Shown here piece by piece: positions 12,584 through 24,339 of a stretch of DNA of 64,000 bases. The stretch covers positions 40,184,495-40,248,494 of the forward strand of contig NC_068986.1 in the NCBI RefSeq assembly GCF_001194135.2, given 5' to 3'. A program made the position numbers and the translations under genes. The stretch is from Octopus bimaculoides. Taxonomy: Eukaryota. The notes under the pieces are model-generated. The model did no database searches. It was not told where the DNA came from and worked only from the letters and a program-made list of their open reading frames with translations. Each line of letters opens with the position of its first letter. Position 1 is the stretch's first letter.

Positions 12584-14469
12584 ACAAGCACACACACACA
12601 CACACACACACAATGTATATGATGGACTTTTTTGCTTTCTGTCAACCAAATCCACTCACAAGGCTTTGGGCAGCCCGAAGCTATAGTAGAAATCCTTTGC
12701 CAAAGGTGTCATTCAGTGGGACTGAACCTAAAACCATGTGGTTATGAAGCAAACTTGTTAATCACACAGCCAAGCAAAAGAAATAGAAAAAAATGTCTGA
12801 TGTCTAATGTCTAATGTTTGATATCAAGTTCTTTCAAAGTTACAAACCACAGATCAGGTGAATCTGGGAACAGAAAAATTGATTTGATCAATTCTAGTTA
12901 CTTGACTGTAATTTACTTTGACAACATTAAAATTAGGAAAAAAATAAGGCTGACATCCTCTGGATTTGATCTCAGAATGTAAAGGGAGATAACTGAATAC
13001 CACCAGGCTTTTCCAATTCTATTCATCCAATTAAGTCTAATATCAACAAAATAGAGCACATACATTATTTACAAGATTTGTAATTTGCACTACTTGTGAG
13101 ACTATACATACCTTTAGAAAACATTGCTTTTATAACTAGCAAACACTTGTCTTGAATTAGCAAAACAGCAGGATGAACACAAATTGCATACATATATGCA
13201 TGCTATATAAATTTTACTGTAATTTGAGCTGCTGCTAGTTTATCTTAAATTGAAATTATATATAATAAATAAACAAACACTTCGTTATATAAACAATGTT
13301 AAGTGTTATACATAAATAAACAAATAATTGTAGTTCTGAGCAGAACATGTAATTCTTCTTTGCCTCAGTTCTTCAAGCTATTCAAGTATGTGTCATATCA
13401 CTACAGAATGTCACCTGTGATAAACCATTGTTCTATTCACAGAAAACTTTACCTTGCATCTGCTAATCACTACAAAGCTGGGGTGAAATAGGAACATTTT
13501 CAAAAATCCTTAATGGTTTAGAAAAATTTCAGAGTTTAATTTTTTTTTTTTTAACTATTTTTTAAAAAACATATTTACATATTTCAATTAATTTTGAAAA
13601 TAATGTGATTTATTAAAATGACTTCGTTGTCATTAAGCTGGTGTTTGGAATATAAATCAACAGGAAAGTTATGATGGAAAGCTTTAATTTAAATCACTTT
13701 AAACCAGAATTTGTATCACAAAAACAAGAGCAGTTTCAGATAGATTGCTTTCAAAAGGGTTTATCAGTAAATGTCTTGTTAAAAACGGTAAACTCTTTGA
13801 TTTCAGCAAGAGATTTTTGGTGTGAATACCATCGGCAAGTCCATCATTAACTTTCTCTGTTGTCATAATTGTTTGTTTAGTTTCTGACCAAAAGGATTCC
13901 AGTTGTGTTCATCTTGTCTTTTTGTACATTAAAAACTACATTGTCCAATGTATACTTCCTTTTCTAGACTGTGGGATGTGATTTGAAGGACATTTAGTTG
14001 CTGTATTTAGCAAGTTGAGTAATTACTCAGAGGACCCCTTATTGGCTTTTAGTGTTGCTGTCTGTTTGGAAAAGACAGTGTTCACCTAACTACCTTACAG
14101 AGAGGAACTGGTAGAATCATCATAGTCAAAATGCTTTGTTGTATTTGTTCTGGCTCTTAATATTCTGAGTTCAAATCCTGCTGTGGTCAACTTTGCTTTT
14201 CATTCCTCCAGAGTCGATAAAATAAAGTACCAGTCAAGTATTGAGGGCAATAGTATCAGCTTCTTCCTCTCCTCAAAACTATTGGTCTTGTGTCTAAATC
14301 AGAAATCATTATTTAGCTTTGCCTCTCTACATTCTTACTTCAAGCCCTGCTGGCGCCACCTTTATCTTTCACCTTCTCATACACTCTAACCTCTCACCCC
14401 CTAGCATAGAATGGACCCCACCTTCCTCAGGGTTTGTAGTCTTGTGAGCTGCATAAGTGACTTTCAATG

Positions 14470-14635
14470 GTACTGGTGGCACAAGAAAAGCACCCAGTTT
14501 ATGGTGTAAAGTGGTTGGCATTAGGAAGGGCATCCAACTATAGAAATCATGCCAAAGCAGACAGTGGCGTACGATGCAGTCCTTGGACCCGCTGGTCCAA
14601 ACCAGCTAACTCATGCCATGATGATGATAATGATG
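14470..14635 (+). mobile_element. RTE-a LINE 3' UTR fragment (diverged)
   Basis: GTGGTTGGCATTAGGAAGGGCATCCAACTATAGAAA...GATGATGATAATG. Confidence 0.7.
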
Positions 14636-14981
14636 AATGCTTGGCTAAACTCATTTAAACTTTATCAAGCCACTGTACTACGTAAGTGAGATTCTTCTGC
14701 ATGTTTATTTAGTTTGCAGAATGCTTCCTCGAAGTATTCCACCGCTCCCTTCATCCATATTGTTAACCGATATCTAACGTCACTTATTTGACAAGGACTA
14801 TTACTATGTTGAAGAGTTGGGAGTGCTGTAGATTAAAGCGGTAAATCACTCGTCATTCCGAGTTTATGAATCGTTATATTCGTTGTTTAGCTCCAGGTTG
14901 TCAGCTTTGATTCAGCAGGCTTATAGCCAAAAGCATTCCAGCTCTAATCATTGTATCATTTTTAATATCTATTCTATCTCT

Positions 14982-15180
14982 AGGGCGGCCAGCTGGCAGA
15001 ATCGTTAGCACGCCGGGCAAAATGCTTTACGGCATTTCGTCCGTCTTTACGATCTGAGTTCAAATACTGCCGAAGTCAACTTAGCCTTTCATCCTTTCGG
15101 AGTGGATAAAATAAGTATCAGTTAAGAACTAAAGGCTCCTGAAATTGCTGACCTTGTGCAAAATGTGAAACCAATATCTA
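14982..15180 (+). mobile_element. SINE family A
   Basis: GGCGGCCAGCTGGCAGAATCGTTAGCACGCCGGGC...GAGTTCAAAT...GCCTTTCATCCTTTCGG. Confidence 0.85.
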
Positions 15181-16185
15181 TGTTATCCAATGAGGATATA
15201 ATTTGAGAGAATTTCGTTGACATTTCTTGCAATTAAGACTGCGTTGGCTCATCTGTGAATCCGTTTTGAATTTTTATTTACGCCAAATGTTTTTCTTTAT
15301 TACTGTGTCAATGCCTTTGAGAACGACAGGAAACTTCTACATCTTATAGAAACAACCTCGCTATAAAAATCGGCAGTTTTGCGCCTACGTAAGAAATATA
15401 ATTGGTTTATAAATATGATGTATGTATTTGATATGCGTGTATGTAGCTACTAGTACATGTAGTTATGTTTTCCACAAACCTAAAAATCACTTTCATAAGC
15501 AGGAGATACGCTCACTAAGTTCACTCTTAATGAACGTTTCCCAGCTTTTTTTGCACACTAGTGAAGTAGCATTTATGTGGTCGCTCGATTTGCTAAAAAT
15601 AGCAGTCGACAATGTAGCCAGGACCATTGGGCAAATCAGTGCATTGGTGTCACTTCATACACAACCACTGTATGCATCGATTAGCATTGAGCCCCAAGAT
15701 CTGTGGGGACCCAGACAGTTGTCGAGAATGTCCATGCTTTCATGTCTTAAACCGGCATCGAACGTAGTCCTTGATATACGCAAAAAGATAACTTGGTTAC
15801 AAGCTGGAACATTTTTGATCTTAGGTTTGCTCGATGGGAGTTGCCGTGTGGTTCAAATAAATAAATATATATATAATGATAAAGGAAAACAAAATTATTT
15901 AACTGATTTTTATGGTCAAATAAAGATCTCAGTTAACTTCAGCAAAGTTAGTGAAGTTCCGCACCTGTGAGAGGATATTGTCCAAACCCTTATACCACTC
16001 GTATGTCATTCGACTCTGTCCGTTTGGTCTGTTTGGGTGAGAAAGAGAGATATCAGAGAGTTTTGAAACTTGGGCTTCAATAAAGGAGAAATGTAAAAGG
16101 TATTGTGAAACAGACAATGTTCCGAGTTCATGTAAGATAACTTCAGTGAGTTTCAATTGCTGCGAAGAGAGTAGCATCTAATGTG

Positions 16186-16395
16186 TTAACTCTTTTGATA
16201 CCAAACCGCCAAAAACTGCTCATGGTTTTATAATGCAAACTTTCTATTTTAAAGTGAACTGAAAACCTTCCATAAAAATTTCATATTATTTTGTTCCAAA
16301 CTCCAGTTTGACAATGATGAAGTTATTTTACGAAATTCTTCATTATTTACCTAAATTAATTAAAACAAAGGCAGTGTATTTTAACAGGAATTCGG
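16186..16395 (+). mobile_element. Non-autonomous DNA element beginning TTAACTCTTTTGATACC (piggyBac-type family 3)
   Basis: Related diverged copies at ~5272-5490 (+) and ~13560-13770 (-); TTAA-proximal end; second end not clearly resolved. Confidence 0.45.
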
Positions 16396-16501
16396 GGCCT
16401 TCTTCTGAGATAGATAGACAGGTAGATAGATAGATAGTGTGCTTGTGCGAGAGGGAGAGAGAGAGAGAGGGGGGGGGAGATAGATAGAGAGTGAGAAGGA
16501 G

Positions 16502-16534
<33 letters not shown>

Positions 16535-16594
16535 CTGTGTAAGTTCTGTATAAGAGCTTATGACTTATCTTCATCTAATATAAACTCTCTTTAA

Positions 16595-16804
16595 GGCGGC
16601 GAACTGGCAGAAACGTTAGCACGCCGGGCGAAATGCTTAGCGGTATTCGTCTGTCTTTACGTTCAGAGTTCAAATTCTGCCGAGGTCGACTTTGCCTTTC
16701 ATCCTTCGGGGTCGATAAAATAAGTACCAGCTGCGTACTGAAGTTGATTTAATCGACTGGTCCCCTTCCCAAAAATTTTGGGCCTTGTGCCTAGAGTAGA
16801 AAAG
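16595..16804 (+). mobile_element. Young, near-consensus family A SINE with perfect 18-bp TSD
   Basis: TSD AATATAAACTCTCTTTAA at 16577-16594 and 16805-16822; B-box GTTCAAATTC at 16668-16677; CpGs intact. Confidence 0.95.
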
Positions 16805-17164
16805 AATATAAACTCTCTTTAATATCACTGTGTTCTCTGACTCCGTATTTTATCCAATATTATTCTGAATTTGAAACCTCGCTAACGTTGCGGTTGATTT
16901 AATTAAAGAAAAAAAAAACATTTGATTTTGATTCTACTGAGAATATTTTCTATAGATGAAGAATATAATCGCACATAGACAAACCAGTATGAGCCATCCC
17001 AACCTGGGGTGTTAGCACCTTTATAGGGAACAGGAAATCCGAATTAAAACTTCCTTTGCCTTTGAACAACCACTATAAAAGATTCAAAGTAAGATAGTGA
17101 CCGATTCGACTTGTCATCAAAAGGGTGCTGGCTTGACAAAAGGTTGGGAAATACTGCTCTACGT

Positions 17165-17355
17165 AGTCTCTAGCTTGACCTGCTAGAAATAGCAGCCAAA
17201 TCTTTCCCAAATCAACCACCGCCCCACTGTCTTAAAATAAGGGAAGGTCATGTCAGATAATGTAGTCTTAGGTTGTTCTAAAATGAGAGTAGGATCACGC
17301 TTGGAATGCTTTTGATCATCAGTGTACACAGTCACGGTTGATTTGGGGCTAAAGT
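17165..17355 (+). mobile_element. Interspersed repeat family D
   Basis: TTGACCTGCTAGAAATAGCAGCCAAATC...GGAATGCTTTTGATC...GGGGCTAAA; related copy at 41540-41740. Confidence 0.6.
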
Positions 17356-17414
17356 TACAATAACAAAGTACATACGTCTATACATACTCGCTCATACATG
17401 TACGTACACACGAC

Positions 17415-17464
<50 letters not shown>

Positions 17465-17859
17465 CTGCTATAAGATGATATAAAATTGTATTTTAAAACG
17501 CATGCAGTTTTTTTGTAAATGTATATATTACACAGCTATGTCATTTTCGTTAAAATTTTTTTAATGAAACATTTAACTACGATACGTTTGTACCATGCGT
17601 GTGAATCTGAGGCATTGTTTATATAGATAGGAAAATACCTGATCATAGACACACACGCACAGACACAGACTTGCATATAGATTTATATATATATATATAT
17701 ATCTCCATCCAAATATATATATATAAATATTTCATTATATATGTATATATATAGAAAGAGATAGACTGATAAAAATTATACTATATATACACACACAATT
17801 CGCTGGACTTATATACTATCCACCACTTCACCGGCTCGGTGTTCTTTCAACATACACAG

Positions 17860-18070
17860 TATTAGGCCCGCCTTCTTGCCGTCACTCAATGTCATAGCCT
17901 TGCTCACTTCTTCCTTATTTATACCCCCCCACCTCACAACTCCGCCCACCGTTCTATGTAGTTTCGCGCACCGCTCTCATCTCCATTCACGTTAACTACA
18001 ACACAGTAGTAAACATTCGGATTTAGCTGCATTTCCTGGAGTCCAGATGAAGCTTGGGAACAAGTGAGGC
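17860..18070 (+). promoter_or_regulatory. Putative core promoter / 5' UTR of the candidate secreted-protein gene
   Basis: Unique, C-rich, CpG-retaining sequence with GC-box-like CCCGCC (17867-17872) and CCGCCC (17942-17947), TATTTATA (17916-17923), directly upstream of the candidate ATG. Confidence 0.4.
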
Positions 18071-18116
18071 ATGAAAGCTATCATAACTTTTATTATAGTG
18101 TTTGGGTATTTTCACG
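18071..18116 (+). CDS. Candidate first coding exon encoding a signal peptide (MKAIITFIIVFGYFH + phase-1 intron) of an unidentified secreted or membrane protein
   Basis: ATG-AAA start, Lys n-region, hydrophobic h-region, consensus-like donor ACG|GTAAGT at 18117; phase-1 introns right after signal peptides are common. Downstream exons not identified. Confidence 0.55.
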
Positions 18117-21100
18117 GTAAGTCTAATTTCGTGTATCTATTTGAGTATGTGTTATAGGCTTTGGCTCGCATATATGTATGTATGGATAATATATACTACA
18201 TATAGCATGCTTTCACCTCCTCATCCTCTCCTTCCTTGTGGTGTGGTGTGTATATACATATATATATATATATACATATATGTTTTCTCCCGCTTTATCT
18301 CTTGTTTATCTTGTAAATTTGTCTTCCCTACCTCTCTTTTCACTCTCCGTCCTATTTTGGGTCTTCGTCTGTCCCTGTTTTATTATTATTATATATATTT
18401 ATCGTGATTTAAACACTATAAAAGAAAAGACAGCAACACAAACAATTTGATAATAAAAGTCCATCGTTGATCTTACAGGATCGCAGCCCTTTATTTTCTC
18501 TCTGCCTTTTTACTTCCTGAAAAAATAAATAAATGATAAATAAAAGAGGGGAAAATATTCAACAACGATATGGAATTGGTTTTTTTTTTTTTTTTTTTTT
18601 TGATGACCAGTCTCACATTCCTAACGGTAAACGTTAAAATTAGAAGCAGAGGACAGAAGATAACGGATAGAGAGACAAGTTTTATTTCTCAAAATAGAAT
18701 TTTTCAATTGAGTAGGACAGTTCCCAATTAGAAACCTGACATAGTTTTACAAAAATACAATCCATTTAACATTATTGCCAATTAGACTGTTAAGTAGCAG
18801 AAAATAATTAAGTAAACAAACATTCAATGAATACGAGAAAAAAAAGTGCATTCATTCGTTTAAAAGATTATCAAGTGCAAAGAAACTAAATTTTCAATTG
18901 TTATTATAAATCTATTTGTCGAGCATTCATTTATCTACAAAGTTTTAACTCTTTAGTTTTTAAAAAAATGAAATCGTGTTAAAAATTCTAGTGAATTTAT
19001 CGTTTATTTGCAGAAAATATATTTTTGCAATCGTTCACGAAATTGCATAATTCGTTCGACTGAGTATTTATTTATTCTTTATACGCTTCATCTAGCATTG
19101 CGAACAGTAGAACTAACAGAGAGCTTAAGAAAAAAACCAGGCCGAGTTGCTTTAGTGGACCAGCTGTTAAATATATAACCACAGAATGTCTGGTGTTCTT
19201 TAATCTATATCTCTGAAGGCGACACGAATCCCTTTCTCTATCAACGTCATGGCGATTTCTTGTGATATCTCCCCTTGTTTGTCTCAGTTTACACGATAGT
19301 AACTAGAAATGACCGTTAACTCCGGACTGTTTGGAGATGTAGCTAGATTAAATTACCACTTACACCTTTTTAACTCCCGTCCCTCTCTTGTTTTCAGCCT
19401 TTATCTTTCTCTTCATGACGAGGGAAAAAAATGTTATCGAAATCTTTCCTCTCTCTCTGTTTTTTTTTCAAACTCCTTTTTCTATTTACTACCCTTTATT
19501 ATATTAAGAACCGACGGCGAAGCTTACAGAACAAGTGGTCAAGCAGCGACCTTAAGAGGTGGCTGTCGGTCAGAGTTCAATCTTAGTTCACGTGTAGTGG
19601 CCGCAACCTTAAAAAGTACTTGTTGAATTTCTAAAATGGAAATCCCAATCCCATCATAAAAAAAAAAAAATCGTTTTCAATAAATTTTCAGCAAAGTTTT
19701 TATACACCTGTAATAAGTTTAAAAAGCCACTAACTTGCTGGCACATGTAAATATTATGTGTGTAGTGAAGAGTATCGGAAAATCTGTGTTTATGTATGTC
19801 TTAAAAGATCTGTGTGTGAAAGAAATATATATACTAACCTCCGTGTTAATTGGTGTATATAGATTGCTAGAAACGATTTATCAGAATTCTTGCTATACCT
19901 TTAGATGACAGGTCACTGATAGAGAATGACGCTTGTGTCTATGTGACAGTGTGACAGTACTGTCAAAAATGGTTACATCTGTTCGATATACTCGTGACAG
20001 AATCGGTTTTTATGGTCTAATCTTTCACGAAGATAGCATTTTTTTCACGGTATTTAGTGAAATGTAATCGAACATCACACACTTTTTCTTAAATTCATAA
20101 ATAGATATAACTGATGCAAAAGCATTACAAAAAAATGCAACGAAAACACCCAAACCCCGATATTCTTGCAAAAGAAAAAGTAATTGACTAGAAAAAATAC
20201 AAGAGTGTATTAAAATACCTTTTTTATGCGTATATTGTATTTGTATGTGAATATAGTATTTGTGAGCGTATATAGTATTGATGTGCGTTGTATGGTTTTA
20301 TATGATTGCAATGTGACTGTACATGTGGTGTTTGCATAATTGCCTTACGATTTTAGTATATATATCGTTGTGGTGATTGTCTCAATGCATTGTCACTGTT
20401 AGTATAATTTAGTGTATGTTTATATAGAAAATGTACACACATATTACCCATTCTAACGTGCACTCGACGCACGCACATACACATACATACACACATATAA
20501 TCTGCTGATGTAGTGTGACTGCATGTGATGCTGTATGTATTATGAGAATTTTGTATCTGAAGACATGTATTGAAACCTTATGTTGTGTTTAAGCTCGTGT
20601 ACGTGTTCCTATCATGTATCATAAACAAACACACAAGCATTCGCTATTCTCAACTATGAATCTATATAGAAAGAGGTTTTCTTTGTCTTTTAAAGCAATT
20701 TTTATCTTTTCATTATATATATGTATATATATTGCCAAAGGCCTTTAATTTCCTCCCCCTCATGCCGACAAAAGGTTATTTACCTCTAATTAATTGATGA
20801 AATTATCTCAAGACATTCACAGCTATAAAAAACAATAAAACATACACCAACGTTTTCACATTTTTTCTATAATTATTTTTGTTCCCTATGAATGGAATCC
20901 GCAGCATTAAGCTGTGGCATCACATCAAAATCTTCTTTTGACATTGCCCACCTTTGTAAAAGAAATTTTATTAAAGATATCCCTTCCGTCAGGGAATAGT
21001 GAATGATAAGAGGACATTGGCATTTGAAATAATGATCTTGTGTCTGTGTGTGTCATAGATACAAAAGAGGATAACATTTAATGTCAAAGTAATGAAGTCT

Positions 21101-21961
21101 TTTCATTTTGGGTTACGAAAAGAAAATAATGAAAATGAAAAGATAATTCTATATAGTTTGTTGAAAGTAATAAAATCCAAGACTGATAAGAGTTTTCAGA
21201 AGATACCTAATAATATTTGAAAGTCGTGTTCGGTTATGATTGATTTCCTATAAAAGTTAATTTTAGTTGCCAAAACGATCAAGGAAAACCGAAGGATAAA
21301 GGTTTACCTTTGCATCTTTCACTACTGCTGTCATCATACCTCAAATATTTATCATTTGATAAAGTTGGTCCTTGATTTGGTTGACATAACCCTTTTTACC
21401 AGAATGGACAAACATCTTCAACGTTGTCATCAAATTTGTTCTACCTGTTTTATGTCATTTATCTTAAATATTTGTTCATTCGGGAAATGTTGAGATAATG
21501 CAATCTAGGCTATTTCTAAAATTTGTAGTACTAATTTCTTGCCTACAAATAATTTTAAAAAGCTAAAGAAAGATATGAATTTCACAACATCCAAGGAACC
21601 TATCCATCCTAAAATAAATTGGTGTAACATTCTTTAAAATTTTGTTCCTCAAATACCTGGAGTCAAACTTATATTTGATTTCTACAACTCATAATGAGCC
21701 AACAAAAATATTTCTACAATTAACCCCAGCCTGATCAATACAACAGCTAAATCTCCTTCAGAGAACTCTGTACTGTTTTTAGAGTAGAGATTACACGTTT
21801 TAAGTTTGAAATGATTGAAGAACACACCCTCCACTACTCTTTCACTCCAGTCGTAAAAACAAGTTACTGCAGCATGAAATATCCATCAAAAGCTGACCCA
21901 GCTACTATGGCACTTTGTATGTGTGTATATTTGTATTTCACCTAGCTACATTACATACAAA

Positions 21962-22000
<39 letters not shown>

Positions 22001-22140
22001 ATTGAAATATTTTGCATCTGTAACGTTAAGAGTATATATTCTCCATATTTATAATGTATTGAGTTCTTCATTATGTTGAGGTTTTCAACTTTTATTGAAG
22101 AATTAAACTATATGTACTTGTGTATATATATACATATATA

Positions 22141-22195
<55 letters not shown>

Positions 22196-22253
22196 ATACA
22201 TATATTTATTTTTATTTTTTACTTGTTTCAGTCATTAGACTGCAACCATGCTG

Positions 22254-22463
22254 ACATAGGTTGGACGGTTTGACTGAAGGCTGCATCAGGCTCCAGTCTG
22301 ATCTGGCAAAGTTTCTACAGCTGGATGCCCTTCCTAACGCCAACCACTCCGAGAGTGTAGTGGGTGCTTTTTATGTGCCACTGGCACGAGGGCCAGTCAG
22401 GTGGTACTGGCGTCGGCCACGCTTGAATGGTGCTTTTTACATGCCACCAGCACGGGAGCCAGA
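22254..22463 (-). mobile_element. RTE-a LINE 3' UTR fragment fused to a B1 tail (22215-22253)
   Basis: Matches 4220-4440; the (GAT)n end is replaced by the B1 terminal sequence. Confidence 0.8.
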
Positions 22464-22465
22464 TG

Positions 22466-22513
<48 letters not shown>

Positions 22514-22606
22514 ATGGGCTTCTTTCAGTTTTCATCTATCAAATCCACCCACAAGGCTTTGGTCAGCCTGAGGCTATGGTGCCACACAATGGGATATATA
22601 TATATA

Positions 22607-22800
22607 TTTGCAAAAAAATAAACAAAAGACGAAGACGGGTGTGTACACAACAAACAGATGTATTAGTTTAACGCTAGGGAAGTGAGAAAGTCTTTTATGT
22701 TTTGAGCCTACACTCTTCGACAGAAAGGAACACAGAAATAAACAGGGAGAGAAAATAGAAAAGGTTTAGTGGCTAGCGATCTATCATGGCGAATGCCGTA
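22607..22800 (-). mobile_element. Repeat resembling a Penelope-like element terminal footprint with a decayed hammerhead-like motif
   Basis: Minus strand CTGTCGA-A-GAGT-GTAG-GCTC-AAAAC (22699-22723). Family assignment is from recall only. Confidence 0.35.
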
Positions 22801-23450
22801 CATATACATAAAACACTCAGAGCCACTCAACAATAACAGTTCTTATATTTAAATAAACTATGCCAGTCTTCATTGTTCAAGACATTTACCTCACCACAAG
22901 ACATTTAGTCTTGATTTATTTAAAATTACTATACTTGCTTATTTACAACTAACATGACATCTTAATCACTGAACATTTTTCTTACATAACCATTGTATTT
23001 ATTTGTTTTAAGTAATCCATAATGCTTTTGGATTGAGAGACAGCCATGCACTGAGAAGTAGGTTTACTTCTCAGTGTTATGCTGGAAATCCTGTATAGGA
23101 GGATTTTTGACATTACATTGCAAATTTCCCTCTCCAACCTGGGGAACTCAACTTAATCTTTGCTGTTATTTAGGCCCAAGTCAGCCTTGATCCAGTAGGA
23201 TTAAAAGCTTTCTGGTATTTTGTGTGTTTGATACTACTACAGTGCCCAATATATCCTTCCCTTTTTTAAAGTGGCAGGGTTTGTGGTGAGGGAATTTTGT
23301 TGCTATTTCTAGCAGGTCAACAATACTGTGTTATGTTAGTTTGCTGAGAGTTAATGAAGCTCTAATCCTTTGGCAACAGTGCACATAAGGATGAGTGAAC
23401 ATGTAACATACACATACATGAGGTGTATATAGCTGAGTTTGAGGACACAG

Positions 23451-23790
23451 GGTAAAGAACCCCTTCGGTCATGAATGGCTATGGGATTGCAAGTAGAAAG
23501 TTCCCCTCTGATGCACAAGTCTGGACAAGGTTGTTTCTGGAAGACCAGAAGTCGCCCATACATACCAGCCTTCTCTCTCAGTGCCACTGATGTTATCCAA
23601 GGGAAAGGCAAAGGCCGATACAGCTTGGCACCAGTGACGTCACAACTCATTTCTGCAGCTGAGTGAACTGGAGCAACGTGAAATAAAGTATCTTGCTCAA
23701 GAACACAACACCCAACCTGGTCCGGGAATCGAACAGGCTACCTCATAATTGTGAGCCTTATGCTCTAACCACTGAGCCATGCACCTTCAC
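23451..23790 (-). mobile_element. tRNA-derived SINE family F with CORE-like domain
   Basis: A-box TGGCTCAGTGG, B-box GTTCGATTCC, then TGTTCTTGAGCAAGATACTTTATTTCACGTTGCTCCAGTTCACTCAGCTG, similar to the CORE domain; older copy at 30625-30790 (+). Confidence 0.8.
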
Positions 23791-23900
23791 TTGAGGTCAT
23801 TGATCTGTGTTGTACATTGTCTGTTTTCAGAGGACCTGTGAAGAGCATGAATACAATTCCTCCCTCCAGAATAAAACTACTAAATAAAAAAAAAATTGTG

Positions 23901-24060
23901 AGGAGTGGCTGTGTGGTAAGTAGCTTGCTTACCAACCACATGGTTCCGGGTTCAGTCCCACTGTGTGGCACCTTGGGCAAGTGTCTTCTGCTATAGCCTC
24001 GGGCCGACCAAAGCCTTGTGAGTGGATTTGGTAGAGGGAAACTGAAAGAAGCCCGTCGTA

Positions 24061-24121
<61 letters not shown>

Positions 24122-24330
24122 ATATGTTTGTCTGTCTGTGTTTGTCCCCCCAACATTGCTTGACAACCGATGCTGGTGTGTTTACGTCCCCGTAACTTAG
24201 CGGTTCGGCAAAAGAGACCGATAGAATAAGTACTAGGCTTCCAAAGAATAAGTCCTGGGGTCGATTTGTTCAACTAAAGGCGGTGCCCCAGCATGGCCAC
24301 AGTCAAATGACTGAAACAAGTAAAAGAGTA
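23901..24330 (+). mobile_element. Near-consensus family B1 SINE
   Basis: Complete head, CCTTGGGCAAGTGTCTTC, internal (TA)n(TG)n and 3' module ending GACTGAAACAAGTAAAAGAGTA; CpGs largely intact. Confidence 0.92.
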
Positions 24331-24339
24331 ATTATATAA

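Noticed and set aside
16595-23790. tRNA genes at the A/B-box-containing heads (16595, 23790, 23901 etc.)
   Set aside because: No complete cloverleaf or acceptor stem; heads continue into SINE bodies and occur in many diverged copies.
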